From a virus (taxonomy: Duplodnaviria > Caudoviricetes): a DNA stretch of 64,000 nucleotides. The stretch lies in the IMG/VR virus record IMGVR_UViG_3300046820_001270, positions 32,001-96,000 of that record, one strand, 5' to 3'. Positions 9,947-20,835 of the stretch are shown in pieces. Below the pieces are notes generated by a model. The model had not been told where the DNA came from. It was given only the letters and a program-made list of their open reading frames with translations, and ran no database searches. The position numbers were made by a program, and so were the translations under genes. Position 1 is the stretch's first letter. Every line of letters begins with the position of its first letter.

Positions 9947-11515
9947 ATGGGAGTTTTTGCAAAAAAAGAAGATGAGAGTTATATTGAATATCGCGATCGT
10001 GCGATTAATTCCATTTCACCATCTTTCTGTGGTGCTAAATGGTTCAATGCAACAATATGGTTAGGTAATGGTACAACTGCGAGTTGTCACCACCCACCAG
10101 CACATAAAATACCGTTAGAAGAAGTTGCTACTAGTTACAAGGCAATCCATAACACTCAGTATAAAAAGTTAATTAGAAAACAAATGCTTGAAGGTGAAAG
10201 ACCTAAAGAGTGTGAATATTGTTGGAAGATTGAGGACATGGGTAAGGATAAGGTTTCTGATAGAGTTTATAAGTCAATCATCTACACAGATGAAGAATTA
10301 AAAAACGCAAAAACAGAATTGGGTTGGCAAGAAGATGTTGATTTAAAAACATTGGAGATTGCTTTTGATCCTAATTGTAATTTTGCTTGTTCATATTGTA
10401 ACGCATCATTTTCAACAACGTGGCAAAATGACATTAAGAAAAGTGGACCATATCAAAATTTAGTAAGTGATGGTGCTGCGGCATTTCAACATGATGGAGT
10501 ACATTCGATGCCGTATGGTAAAAAGAATGAAGGTAATCCTTATGTTGAAGCATTTTGGAAATGGTGGGAAGGTGAACTACAATTTAGTTTAAGAGAATTA
10601 AGAGTTACGGGTGGAGAACCAACGATGTCTCAAGATTTTTGGAAGTTAATGAAGTGGTGGGAGACTAATAAAGATTGTGAAGTTGAATTCGCAGTTAATT
10701 CAAACTTAGGACAAAAAGATGAATTGTTTGAAGAATTACTAAAGGCAAGTCACAATATTAAAAGTTTTCATTTATATACGAGTTGTGAATCTAAAGGAGC
10801 ACATGCGGAATATATCAGAGATGGTTTGAAATGGGAAAAATGGATTGGTAATGTTGAAAGAATGTTAAAAGAAGGTAATGTTCAATCCATAAATTGTATG
10901 ATGACAATAAATGCATTATGTTTATTTTCAATTACAGATTTTATGGATGAAATATTGAGATTAAAAAGGGAATACAGAACGTCATCACCTAATTGTTCAT
11001 TCAATATTCTTCGTTTTCCTTCATTTCAATCAATTGTAACACTACCAAAACACGTCAGAGAGGAGAGAGCAAACCATATTGAAAAATGGATCCAAGATAA
11101 TTATGACGGAGGAGCAAATTTCTTCTTAGATTGGGAAAGAGACGGTATGTTAAGAATGGTATCTTATATAAGAGAAATTGAAACAGGACATAGTCATACG
11201 TCTTCAATAGAATCAAGAGAAAGAGATTTTAAATCATTTTATACTCAATATGATATTAGAAGAAATAAAAACTTTGTTGAAACATTCCCTGAATTAAAAG
11301 AATGGTTTGAATCAATTCCTGAAACTAAATTAGAGTATACTACAGAGTTAATAGATGGAGACGACGCTAAATCAAATAGATATGTCGATGAGGTTATGGA
11401 GACAGCTAAAAAAGAAGGATGGGTATTAAATCCTCAATGGCATAATCCAGGTGCACAGGAGTATGTTGAACCGGATATTCAGGACGAAATGATAAACTTT
11501 ATTAATAATAAATAA
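9947..11515 (+). CDS. Radical SAM enzyme (twitch/SPASM-like)
   Basis: CNFACSYC, VTGGEP, CGAKW..SCHH..CEYCW. Confidence 0.9.
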   Translation: MGVFAKKEDESYIEYRDRAINSISPSFCGAKWFNATIWLGNGTTASCHHPPAHKIPLEEVATSYKAIHNTQYKKLIRKQMLEGERPKECEYCWKIEDMGKDKVSDRVYKSIIYTDEELKNAKTELGWQEDVDLKTLEIAFDPNCNFACSYCNASFSTTWQNDIKKSGPYQNLVSDGAAAFQHDGVHSMPYGKKNEGNPYVEAFWKWWEGELQFSLRELRVTGGEPTMSQDFWKLMKWWETNKDCEVEFAVNSNLGQKDELFEELLKASHNIKSFHLYTSCESKGAHAEYIRDGLKWEKWIGNVERMLKEGNVQSINCMMTINALCLFSITDFMDEILRLKREYRTSSPNCSFNILRFPSFQSIVTLPKHVREERANHIEKWIQDNYDGGANFFLDWERDGMLRMVSYIREIETGHSHTSSIESRERDFKSFYTQYDIRRNKNFVETFPELKEWFESIPETKLEYTTELIDGDDAKSNRYVDEVMETAKKEGWVLNPQWHNPGAQEYVEPDIQDEMINFINNK

Positions 11516-12756
11516 TGGAAGAACAAATATCGGATATATTTCCAATTAAAACAGACACCGCATGCCAATTTAAATGGACATGGAGTACTTTGTTTTTATC
11601 GGTAGGAACATCATCAAGTTGTCACAGATGTAAAGGTTTTGATGTTAGTGAAAATATGCAAGATTTTCATAATCACCCTGATAAAATTAAGGATAGAGAA
11701 AATATGTTGGAGGGAAAATGGCCAGGTAATGGATGTGAGTACTGTAAAAAGATAGAAGATGCTGGAGGTGAGAGCGAAAGAACTTCGTTCATAAATGATT
11801 TACATTTATCACCTAAAGAATTGGTCAACAATCCAACAGCCACTAATGTAACCCCAAGAATATTGGAAGTATATTTTACAAACTTATGTAATCAAAAGTG
11901 TGTATATTGTTCACCATTTTTTAGTTCATTAATACAAACCGAAATTGAAAAATTTGGTCCGTTGGAAGACATATATGATTTAAATGGATTTAATGGTAGG
12001 GATGATTACGAAAAATTAAAATCTGATTTTTGGATTTGGATGGAAAAAAACTCAACCGAATTATATCAGTTTCAAATATTAGGTGGAGAACCAATGTACC
12101 AACCAGAATTTAATGAGTGTTTGGAATATTTGGAATCAAGAAATCACCCTAAAATGAATTGGAAAATATTCAGTAATTTGAAACATAATCCAACAAAATT
12201 TAAAGAGAAAATTGATAGGATTAGTCAACTAATTGAATCTAATAAATTAAAATCTTTTGAAATTGTTTGTAGCCAAGATAGTTGGGGACCACAGGCAGAA
12301 TTTAGTAGATATGGAATGAGTTTAGTAGAATGGGAAGAAAATTTTAATATATTATTAAATTCACCTTACGTTACTATATCCATACACTCAACAATTTCAC
12401 CAACAACGTTACCAACTATGGCAGATTTTTATAGAAAGATAATGGAATGGAATAAAATTAAAAGAGTAGACTATGGATGGAATACAATAGCTAACCCTGT
12501 TTTTATGAATCCAGAGATATTGGGACATTATGCAGAACCATTTTTTGATGATTTATTATCTGTAATACCTGATAATGATCATAGAAAACTTTATTTAGAG
12601 GGATTTAAAACACAAGTAACAACTCATCCTGTTGACTCAATAAGATTAAAAAGACTTAGTGATTATTTAGATCGTATTGACCAAAGAAGAAACACTGATT
12701 GGAAAAGTCTATATCCATGGTTAGTTGATGTTTGTGAAAAAGAAATTATTAATTAA
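11515..12756 (+). CDS. Radical SAM enzyme (twitch/SPASM-like)
   Basis: CNQKCVYC, ILGGEP, CQFKW..SCHRC..CEYC. Confidence 0.9.
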   Translation: MEEQISDIFPIKTDTACQFKWTWSTLFLSVGTSSSCHRCKGFDVSENMQDFHNHPDKIKDRENMLEGKWPGNGCEYCKKIEDAGGESERTSFINDLHLSPKELVNNPTATNVTPRILEVYFTNLCNQKCVYCSPFFSSLIQTEIEKFGPLEDIYDLNGFNGRDDYEKLKSDFWIWMEKNSTELYQFQILGGEPMYQPEFNECLEYLESRNHPKMNWKIFSNLKHNPTKFKEKIDRISQLIESNKLKSFEIVCSQDSWGPQAEFSRYGMSLVEWEENFNILLNSPYVTISIHSTISPTTLPTMADFYRKIMEWNKIKRVDYGWNTIANPVFMNPEILGHYAEPFFDDLLSVIPDNDHRKLYLEGFKTQVTTHPVDSIRLKRLSDYLDRIDQRRNTDWKSLYPWLVDVCEKEIIN

Positions 12757-12759
12757 AAT

Positions 12760-14103
12760 ATGAAAATAAAACCATCAGAAGGAAATCAAACATTTTGTAT
12801 GGCACCTTGGGCACATACATACCTTTCACCACAAAGTGAGAGGAGATTATGTTGTGCATCAAGAGAAAAGGCTGAATGGGCAACACAATATTTGGATTCT
12901 GAAAGTGCAAATAAAAATTCAAAATATAATCCAGGAACATTAGAAGATCATTGGAACTCTGAATATATGAAAGGTATTCGTAGAGATTTAATGGAAGGTA
13001 AAGAAATACCACAATGTTCTGTTTGTAATGGAAAATTATTAAACATATCAATTTATAGAGATTATTTTACTAAGACATTATTTCCTGATAAAATAGAAGA
13101 AGCATTTGAAAAAACAAACGATGATGGATATACCGAAATGAAACCAATATCTTTTGATTATCGAATAAAAAACCTTTGCAATTTTAAATGTAGAATGTGT
13201 GGAGACCAATTGTCATCTTCTTGGGAGGCTGAAAGAAGATCAATGGGTCATTATGATGCGAATGGTAATACGGATTATTGGGCACACAAAGAAAATAAAC
13301 CAATAATAGAAAAATTTCAAAGAGAAGTTGCGGAAAAGGAATTGTGGGATGCAGTTAAAGAAGGTAGAATTGAGGAGATATATTGGGTTGGAGGTGAACC
13401 ACTTATGTGGGACATTCATTGGGAAATCATGGAGTACTTAGTCCAAACCGGAGGTGCTAAAAATGTGTGGGTAAGATATAATACTAATTTTTCAAGAACA
13501 ACTTATAAACATTATAATTTAAAAGATTATTTACCACACTTTAAACAAGTACAGATTTGCGCATCAATAGATGGTACGGGGAAAATTGTTGAATACGTTA
13601 GACATGGAATAATTTGGGAAAATTGGATTAATAATTTTAAAAATTATACATTTTTGAATGAACAGTATGGTAGTTATGGAATTGCATTTGATTTAACAAT
13701 AACAACACCTGGATTATTTGCATTAAAAGATCTTTTTGATTTATCCGTTGAATTAGGTGTTCACACATTAATTAAAACAACCTTTGCATTTGACGGTACA
13801 ATTGTGATGTGTCCTCAGGTTTTACCAAGAGAATTATTCGATGAAGTTATTGATGATATCATTAATTATATTAAACCTAAATTAGAAGGTAGAGAATATT
13901 ATTCATATTGGATAACTTGCTTAGAAGATTTAAAAACAAGACAGACGTTCCAAGAAAAATATGAGAATTGGGAAAGTGAGTTAAAACACGGAAAAGAAAG
14001 ATTAGGTATTACCGACATGTGGAGAGGAGATGTAAATAAACTTGAAGAAATATTTAGTATAAATCCAAAAGTACTAAATTGGTGGCAAAATATTAAAATA
14101 TAA
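12760..14103 (+). CDS. Radical SAM enzyme (twitch/SPASM-like)
   Basis: CNFKCRMC, WVGGEP, CMAPW..LCC..CSVC. Confidence 0.9.
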   Translation: MKIKPSEGNQTFCMAPWAHTYLSPQSERRLCCASREKAEWATQYLDSESANKNSKYNPGTLEDHWNSEYMKGIRRDLMEGKEIPQCSVCNGKLLNISIYRDYFTKTLFPDKIEEAFEKTNDDGYTEMKPISFDYRIKNLCNFKCRMCGDQLSSSWEAERRSMGHYDANGNTDYWAHKENKPIIEKFQREVAEKELWDAVKEGRIEEIYWVGGEPLMWDIHWEIMEYLVQTGGAKNVWVRYNTNFSRTTYKHYNLKDYLPHFKQVQICASIDGTGKIVEYVRHGIIWENWINNFKNYTFLNEQYGSYGIAFDLTITTPGLFALKDLFDLSVELGVHTLIKTTFAFDGTIVMCPQVLPRELFDEVIDDIINYIKPKLEGREYYSYWITCLEDLKTRQTFQEKYENWESELKHGKERLGITDMWRGDVNKLEEIFSINPKVLNWWQNIKI

Positions 14104-15332
14104 TGGAAAAACAAAATGTTTTTTGTGTATTACCTTGGATACACTTAGCAACACATCCAATAGGAACAGTTACTCCTTGTTGTATCACTGACATGACTAA
14201 CGCCATATCAACGGCAGCTAAAGAGCATGATCCCGCACAACATTTATTCTTAAGTAGAGATACTTTAGACGATATTACTAATTCAGTTAGATTTAATCAA
14301 GTTCGTAAAGAAATGATGAACGGAGAATTCCCTAAAATTTGTCAGAAGTGTTATAAGTACGATCAAGGAGGAGTTAAGTCAAAAAGAATTGAATCAAATG
14401 AAAAATTTAAAGAATACATTGACCAATGTTTTGCTAACACCAACCCTGACGGATCACTTAAAGAAGTAAATTACAAATATATTGAATTGAGATTAGGGAC
14501 TGTATGTAATTTAAAATGTGTTACATGTAATCCATTTTCATCAAATAGATGGAATCAAGATTTACATATTTTTGAAGGAACAGAATTTGAAAAAGATTAT
14601 TTCAAAGTAGATATTAAAACTGAGTGGTTTAGAGATCATAATTTTTATGACGAACTATACAGTAAGAGTAATGGTTTAAAAGAAATATGGATTAATGGAG
14701 GAGAACCAACATTAATTAAGGAACATAGTTATTTTTTAGAGAAGTTTGTTAATGACGGAACGAGTAAAGATATCGATTTACATTATAGTTTAAATTGCAC
14801 TCAATTTCCCAATAAATTTATTGAAATATGGAAGAATTTTAATAAAGTAAGGATACAACTATCTATCGATGACTTAGGGGATAGAAATACATATATTAGA
14901 TATCCGTCCGATTGGAACGTTATCTATGACTCATTTCAAAAAATATTACAATATAAAAATGATTTTGATTTAGAAGTATGTCAAACTGTTAGTGTTTTAA
15001 ACGTAATGAATATAGATAATTTTAAAAAGTTTACCTTAGATCACGATATTATGGTTTCACATAATTTTGTTCATTATCCATCTCATTTACAAGTTAATTT
15101 AATTCCTGAAGAGTATAAAGAAAAATTATTAAATGATTTAAAATATTTGAGAATAGACGAGGTAGAAAGGTTAAAAATTGAACTGTTTAAACCACATGAT
15201 CAAGATGATGTAATAAAATTTTATAATTTCACCAGTTTATTAGATTCAAGTAGGAATATTGAAATAGGAGATCATTTAGAAGAATGGAAAATCCCATTTG
15301 ATGATTATATTAGTAAAGGAATAATTTTTTAA
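14103..15332 (+). CDS. Radical SAM enzyme (twitch/SPASM-like)
   Basis: CNLKCVTC, INGGEP, CVLPW..PCC..CQKC. Confidence 0.9.
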   Translation: MEKQNVFCVLPWIHLATHPIGTVTPCCITDMTNAISTAAKEHDPAQHLFLSRDTLDDITNSVRFNQVRKEMMNGEFPKICQKCYKYDQGGVKSKRIESNEKFKEYIDQCFANTNPDGSLKEVNYKYIELRLGTVCNLKCVTCNPFSSNRWNQDLHIFEGTEFEKDYFKVDIKTEWFRDHNFYDELYSKSNGLKEIWINGGEPTLIKEHSYFLEKFVNDGTSKDIDLHYSLNCTQFPNKFIEIWKNFNKVRIQLSIDDLGDRNTYIRYPSDWNVIYDSFQKILQYKNDFDLEVCQTVSVLNVMNIDNFKKFTLDHDIMVSHNFVHYPSHLQVNLIPEEYKEKLLNDLKYLRIDEVERLKIELFKPHDQDDVIKFYNFTSLLDSSRNIEIGDHLEEWKIPFDDYISKGIIF

Positions 15333-15338
15333 AAAATT

Positions 15339-15992
15339 ATGAAAAATACTTTATGGATTTTTGGAGATTCAACAAGCGACGAATTTACACCAAAAAATTT
15401 AAATGATAATTTTGATTTTAGGACCAAATATTATAATTATAAAGGTTTTACACCAAAAGTGTTTGGTCAAATAATATCCGAAACATTAAATTTAAATTAT
15501 AAAAATAATTCAGGTCAGGGATTTTGTAATGATAGTATTTTTCAAACTATTTGTGACGTGTCAGACCAAATTAAAAAAGAAGATATATTAATAATTAATT
15601 GGACCTCAATTACAAGATTTAGAATGATAAGTAAAATTAATGTTTGGACACATATTGTCCCTAATTTTAATGTCGACACTAAATTATTTAATAATATTAG
15701 TAATAATACAATAAACGAAATATTAATTAATAGAGATAATGATCTATACGTTAATGACGTAAATTCAAAAATAAAATTAATTAAAAACGCATATAAAGAT
15801 AATATTGTTATTAATTGGACACCTTTCATACATAAATTTGATGCGGAAATGTTATTTGATGATTTTGAAACAATATTTAAAGAAACTTCAGGTGAGATAA
15901 ATGATTATCATTTTAGTGAAAACGGACATTTAAAATTAGCGGATTATTTATTATCAATTATAGATCAAATAATGAATAAAAAATTAATTTAA
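15339..15992 (+). CDS. SGNH/GDSL hydrolase-like protein
   Basis: WIFGDS block I; DYHFSENGH terminal block. Confidence 0.7.
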   Translation: MKNTLWIFGDSTSDEFTPKNLNDNFDFRTKYYNYKGFTPKVFGQIISETLNLNYKNNSGQGFCNDSIFQTICDVSDQIKKEDILIINWTSITRFRMISKINVWTHIVPNFNVDTKLFNNISNNTINEILINRDNDLYVNDVNSKIKLIKNAYKDNIVINWTPFIHKFDAEMLFDDFETIFKETSGEINDYHFSENGHLKLADYLLSIIDQIMNKKLI

Positions 15993-16031
15993 AATTTTAT
16001 TTATTCATTATTTTTAATTATATTAGTTTAA

Positions 16032-16463
16032 ATGAAACTAATATCACATAGAGGTAATTTGTATGGGCCTAATCCAAATGAAGAAAATAACCCTCAATAC
16101 ATTATAGATACTCTTGAATTAGGATACGACGTAGAAATTGACGTTTGGTATATAGACAATAAATTCTATTTAGGTCACGACTATGCTAAATATGAAATAG
16201 ACATTAAGTTTCTATTAAATGAAAAATTATGGTGTCATTCTAAAAATTTAGATGCGTTAAATGAAATGTTAAACAATGGAATTAGATGTTTTTGGCATCA
16301 AAATGATGATTTTACATTAACTAGTGATGGTTTTATATGGACATACCCAAATAAAGAAACAACAATAAAATCAATAATTGTTTGTTTAGATGATACTTTA
16401 CCAAATAATTTAAATAAAAATAATATATATGGAATTTGCGGAGACAATGTCGGATCTTGGTAA
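16032..16463 (+). CDS. PLC-like/glycerophosphodiester phosphodiesterase-like protein (short)
   Basis: LISHRGN, ENN, DVEIDVW, YLGHD. Confidence 0.75.
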   Translation: MKLISHRGNLYGPNPNEENNPQYIIDTLELGYDVEIDVWYIDNKFYLGHDYAKYEIDIKFLLNEKLWCHSKNLDALNEMLNNGIRCFWHQNDDFTLTSDGFIWTYPNKETTIKSIIVCLDDTLPNNLNKNNIYGICGDNVGSW

Positions 16464-17226
16464 AATTAAACGAATTGCTGTATGTTTAAGTGGTAATTTT
16501 AGAACTTGGAAAACAGTTGTTAAAACTTGGGATAATGTTATAAAAATCGATAACGTTGAAGTGGATTATTTTATTCATACATGGGATAAAGTATCTCCGT
16601 CAATGCAAATAATCGGAAATTTAAAAAAAACTGGTATTACGGATGAAGAGATACTAAAAGACTATTACAAACCATTAGATATGAATTTACTTAATGAAGT
16701 ATTAGATTATCATAAACCTGTTAGTTATTTAATCGAATCTCCAAAAGATTTAAGTTTTAAAAACCCTAAACAATCGATATTTGAAAAATCACATTTATCA
16801 CAATTTTTTGGGATAATGATGGTAGGTAAATTAAAGAGAGAACATGAAATTAAAAATGACTTCACATATGATTTAGTAATACGAATGAGATTCGATACAT
16901 ATTTTACTACACCAATAATAATTGATAACATTAAACCCAAATTAAACACAGTGTATGGAAATCACTATGATTATTATTATGATGAAGTATATAAAAGACA
17001 TAATGGTAGATTGGGGGACATTTTTTGGTGTTCAGATTCACTAACTTATGATATACTGTCGGATTTTTATTTAGAATTACAAAACATTACAGATATACCA
17101 CATGGGACACCACCAGAATTTAGTTGGTTGCGTTATATAAAGAAAAACGGGATTAACATAACACCAAATCCTAGATGGGACTTACATATTCTAAGGGAGA
17201 ATGATACGTTAAAAAAATTAATATAA
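16447..17226 (+). CDS. Putative GT-A-like glycosyltransferase, uncharacterised family (paralog 1)
   Basis: RIAVCLSG.FRT, YFIHTW, YDLVIRMRFD, GDIFW; start moved to ATG 16447. Confidence 0.5.
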   Translation: MSDLGKIKRIAVCLSGNFRTWKTVVKTWDNVIKIDNVEVDYFIHTWDKVSPSMQIIGNLKKTGITDEEILKDYYKPLDMNLLNEVLDYHKPVSYLIESPKDLSFKNPKQSIFEKSHLSQFFGIMMVGKLKREHEIKNDFTYDLVIRMRFDTYFTTPIIIDNIKPKLNTVYGNHYDYYYDEVYKRHNGRLGDIFWCSDSLTYDILSDFYLELQNITDIPHGTPPEFSWLRYIKKNGINITPNPRWDLHILRENDTLKKLI

Positions 17227-18000
17227 ATGGAAAAAAGAAAAATTGCAGTTTGTATAAGTGGACAAATAAGAACAGCGATTGAAGCCGTATCTAATTTTAA
17301 TTTATTTTTTCAGGATGAAGATATAGATGTGTTTATTCACACATGGTATGACCCATCATTAGAAGATCATGAAAATGTAATAAATCAAATAAAAACACTA
17401 TATAAACCAAAAAAATTTCAAATTGATATATCACCAAATACCAATAGACTTAATTTTGAGGTAATGTTAAAGACCATTATGTTATCAAATGAATTAAAAA
17501 GGAAATATGAAGTTGAGAATGATATTAGGTATGATGTCGTTGTAAAATATAGATTTGACATTTTATTTCCACAAATTACCAAATTTACAGTAAATAACAT
17601 AGAACCACGTACATTATATTACCCACAAGGGAATAACGGAGTACAACATACGGACTATAATAATCACGGGATGACTGATGTTATATTTTGGGGAGATTCC
17701 CAAACGATGGATATTGCTTGTGATACTTATAGATATTATAAATTCGTATTATTGCCAATTAGAAACACATTTGTCGAAAAAACTGGACATATTGTATATG
17801 ACATGTCAGAATCATTAATGAGTCCAGGACAAATCATATTTAAGTATGCAACAAAACATAATATTTTCCCGATGGTTCTTAAAAAAGACGATAATAATTT
17901 TATGAATTTTACATTATGGAGAAAGGAAGTAAAAAATCTAAATTGGATAAACGATTTCGATAAAATAGAACATTTTTATCTAAATCAATATAACGACTAA
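17227..18000 (+). CDS. Putative GT-A-like glycosyltransferase, uncharacterised family (paralog 2)
   Basis: KIAVCISGQIRT, VFIHTW, YDVVVKYRFD, TDVIFWG; clearly paralogous to the preceding gene. Confidence 0.5.
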   Translation: MEKRKIAVCISGQIRTAIEAVSNFNLFFQDEDIDVFIHTWYDPSLEDHENVINQIKTLYKPKKFQIDISPNTNRLNFEVMLKTIMLSNELKRKYEVENDIRYDVVVKYRFDILFPQITKFTVNNIEPRTLYYPQGNNGVQHTDYNNHGMTDVIFWGDSQTMDIACDTYRYYKFVLLPIRNTFVEKTGHIVYDMSESLMSPGQIIFKYATKHNIFPMVLKKDDNNFMNFTLWRKEVKNLNWINDFDKIEHFYLNQYND

Positions 18001-18012
18001 AAAAATAATATT

Positions 18013-18888
18013 ATGAAATTATTGGTAACAGGAGATAGTTGGACATATGGTAGTGAATTAAGATCCCCTGAATTAAAAAAAGAAGACTTAGATACTCATA
18101 AAAATAATACTGAGTATAGAACTAAAAATGCTTGGCCACATAAATTAAGTAAATTAATGGGTAATGTTGATGAAATGGTAAATATTTCAAAACCATCCGC
18201 TAGTAATGATCGAATAGTGAGAGAATTAATTGATTATTTAACTAAAAATTACATTAAAGATAAAAAACCTGTTGACGATTTATTTGTAATTGTTGGATTT
18301 TCATCGTTAGATAGAGTTGATTTTTTTTACGACGGTTTATTTGGTAGAGGTTGGGAAACGATTTGGCCAAAATTTAATCATCATTATAGATTTTCCGATA
18401 TTGAGGATTTTAGTAAATTATATAATGAAGGCTTCTCAACAATTTATGGAGACTTCAATAGATATGTAAATCAAATACAATTTTTAGAATTATTTTTTGA
18501 AAAACATCATATAAAATATATGTTTTTTCATGGATTTTATCATCATCAAAATAAATATATAAGTAATTGGGAAGATGTGTTATATGTAAACGGATTAGCT
18601 TACGAATCTGGTACTTATTATTCTAAATTACATAATGAATTTGATTTAGATAGATGGATTGATATTGATCCAATACGTTTTGTTGATAAGGATAAACCAA
18701 TTCATAGTTTTCATAATAGAATAAAAAAAATTGCGAATGACCAAGACATATCATTAGACAAAATATTTGCGAAAAATATTGGTATGCATCCGTCAGAACT
18801 TGGACATACCTTATGGGCGGAATATCTTTATGAATATATGAAAGAAAATAAAAAGTTATTTAAGTTTATTGAAAAAACATTAATATGA
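18013..18888 (+). CDS. SGNH hydrolase-like protein
   Basis: VTGDSWTYG, ASNDRI, HPSELGH. Confidence 0.75.
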   Translation: MKLLVTGDSWTYGSELRSPELKKEDLDTHKNNTEYRTKNAWPHKLSKLMGNVDEMVNISKPSASNDRIVRELIDYLTKNYIKDKKPVDDLFVIVGFSSLDRVDFFYDGLFGRGWETIWPKFNHHYRFSDIEDFSKLYNEGFSTIYGDFNRYVNQIQFLELFFEKHHIKYMFFHGFYHHQNKYISNWEDVLYVNGLAYESGTYYSKLHNEFDLDRWIDIDPIRFVDKDKPIHSFHNRIKKIANDQDISLDKIFAKNIGMHPSELGHTLWAEYLYEYMKENKKLFKFIEKTLI

Positions 18889-19655
18889 TAAAAAAATTAA
18901 TGATTTGTGGAGATAGTTATGCATCAGGAATTGGATTAGATGAAAGTTATAATTTAGAAAAATCTTTTGGAGGTTTAATTTCTGAAAAATTAAGTATACC
19001 CTCAATAAATTACTCACGAGCAGGTATTTGTAATTTTGGAATATTTTTACAAGTTAAAAAATCTATTGAGGATAATAAAAATGATTTAGATAAATCATTA
19101 GTTATTATTTCATTAACACAATCTAGTAGATTAATGATTGCTTCCGAAAATATAACATCTGAGGATTTGGATTTATCAAATGTTGATTACATTAATAATC
19201 GACCATTTTCATATAGTGAAAAAAGAAAAAGAGACGTACCATTTATATTAAACAAAAGTCCTAAATTATTTAGCCAAACTATTTTAGATGTATTGGCACA
19301 TTTAAATAATAAAGTGTCGGGTGCAATGGAAGATGCTTATAAGATTTTACCAAAATATAAAATTGAAACATTAGGACAATATATACAAGATGTTTACTCC
19401 GATCCAATAAAAGATGAATATGACGTGGCTTTGGTTGCAAGAACACATCTATTATTAAAGATGAACAATATTAAACACATATTTTTAGGATCTCCAAGAA
19501 GTAAATTTGATTTTGTACCTGATGAAAATTTTTGTGAAGTAAATTGGAGAGAAATATCGGATAAATATCCAGACGAAATAGGATCAAGTCATTGTAATGA
19601 ATTTGGCCACGAAATGGTAAGAGATTTAATTTTAAAAAAAATATCAAATGAATAA
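18885..19655 (+). CDS. SGNH hydrolase-like protein
   Basis: ICGDSYASG, GICNFGI, SHCNEFGH. Confidence 0.7.
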   Translation: MIKKLMICGDSYASGIGLDESYNLEKSFGGLISEKLSIPSINYSRAGICNFGIFLQVKKSIEDNKNDLDKSLVIISLTQSSRLMIASENITSEDLDLSNVDYINNRPFSYSEKRKRDVPFILNKSPKLFSQTILDVLAHLNNKVSGAMEDAYKILPKYKIETLGQYIQDVYSDPIKDEYDVALVARTHLLLKMNNIKHIFLGSPRSKFDFVPDENFCEVNWREISDKYPDEIGSSHCNEFGHEMVRDLILKKISNE

Positions 19656-20835
19656 AGACACATTCTGCATAATGACGTACAAAGGTTTATTCGTTGAACC
19701 TACAAAACATGTGAAACCATGTTGTGTATTCAAAGATTTTGAAACCCCGTTAATATATGATGAAAATAAAACATTTGATGAAATGTTTAATTCCCCTCAA
19801 TTTATTGAATTAAGAGAAAAAATGGACAATGGTATTGTTCATAGTGGTTGTGTAAATTGTTTTAATGGCACTATTAACCATAGAGAGGGTATGAACATTA
19901 TGTTTTTTGGTAACGACTATGAAAAACTTAAAGAATTAAATATAAGTGAAGATTATAAATCGGACGAGATTCTTTATTTAGATTTAAGAATTTCCAATTT
20001 ATGTAATTTTAAATGTAGAATGTGTAATGCAACATATTCTTCCTCATGGGAAGACGAAATGAAACAAATTGAACCTAATTTTATATCTGAACCGAAATGT
20101 GGACATAATTGGATTAATCCTATTGTAGATAAAATAGATAAGATAAAATATCTTTATTTAGCAGGAGGAGAACCTTTAATAATGAAGGAAACATTTCAAT
20201 TATTAAAGTTAATAGAAAATAGAAAAAATGAAATTACATTATTTTTAAATACTAATTTGTCAAATTTAGAGTATAAAAAAATAGATGTTATTAATGAAAT
20301 AATAGAATTTAATAAAATACATTTATTTGTATCTTGTGATGGGTTTGGAGAAGTCGGTGAATACCAAAGAACAGGATTTAATACGGAAAAGTTTAAAACT
20401 AATTTAAAGACATTACTAAGTAGGATTAATAACTTAGATAAAATAAAATTAGATATAATTTATGCGTTAAGTTCAATAAATGTCTATAACCTGTTTAATT
20501 TTATGAAAGAACTAAAGGAAGAATTTAATTTAGGAGATGAAGTTATTAATTTTCAGTTTGTTAGTTCACCATGGTATTTTAGTGTGGCATCTATGGATGA
20601 AACACATAAAAAAGATGTGGTAAGTTTTATAAAAGATAATTATCATTTTTGTAATGAAAAAACTAAAAATCAATTAGATAATTTTATATATTTTGTCGAA
20701 AACAATAAAGACAACATAACCACATATCAAAAAGAAAAAGACTATGAATTCTTAAAAAAATTAGATATATTTAGAAATACAAATATAAATGAGGTTTCAC
20801 CTTGGATTTTTAAAAGTATTTTTAATGAGTTATAA
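19648..20835 (+). CDS. Radical SAM enzyme (twitch/SPASM-like)
   Basis: CNFKCRMC, LAGGEP, N-terminal FC..PCC..CVNC. Confidence 0.9.
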   Translation: MNKDTFCIMTYKGLFVEPTKHVKPCCVFKDFETPLIYDENKTFDEMFNSPQFIELREKMDNGIVHSGCVNCFNGTINHREGMNIMFFGNDYEKLKELNISEDYKSDEILYLDLRISNLCNFKCRMCNATYSSSWEDEMKQIEPNFISEPKCGHNWINPIVDKIDKIKYLYLAGGEPLIMKETFQLLKLIENRKNEITLFLNTNLSNLEYKKIDVINEIIEFNKIHLFVSCDGFGEVGEYQRTGFNTEKFKTNLKTLLSRINNLDKIKLDIIYALSSINVYNLFNFMKELKEEFNLGDEVINFQFVSSPWYFSVASMDETHKKDVVSFIKDNYHFCNEKTKNQLDNFIYFVENNKDNITTYQKEKDYEFLKKLDIFRNTNINEVSPWIFKSIFNEL

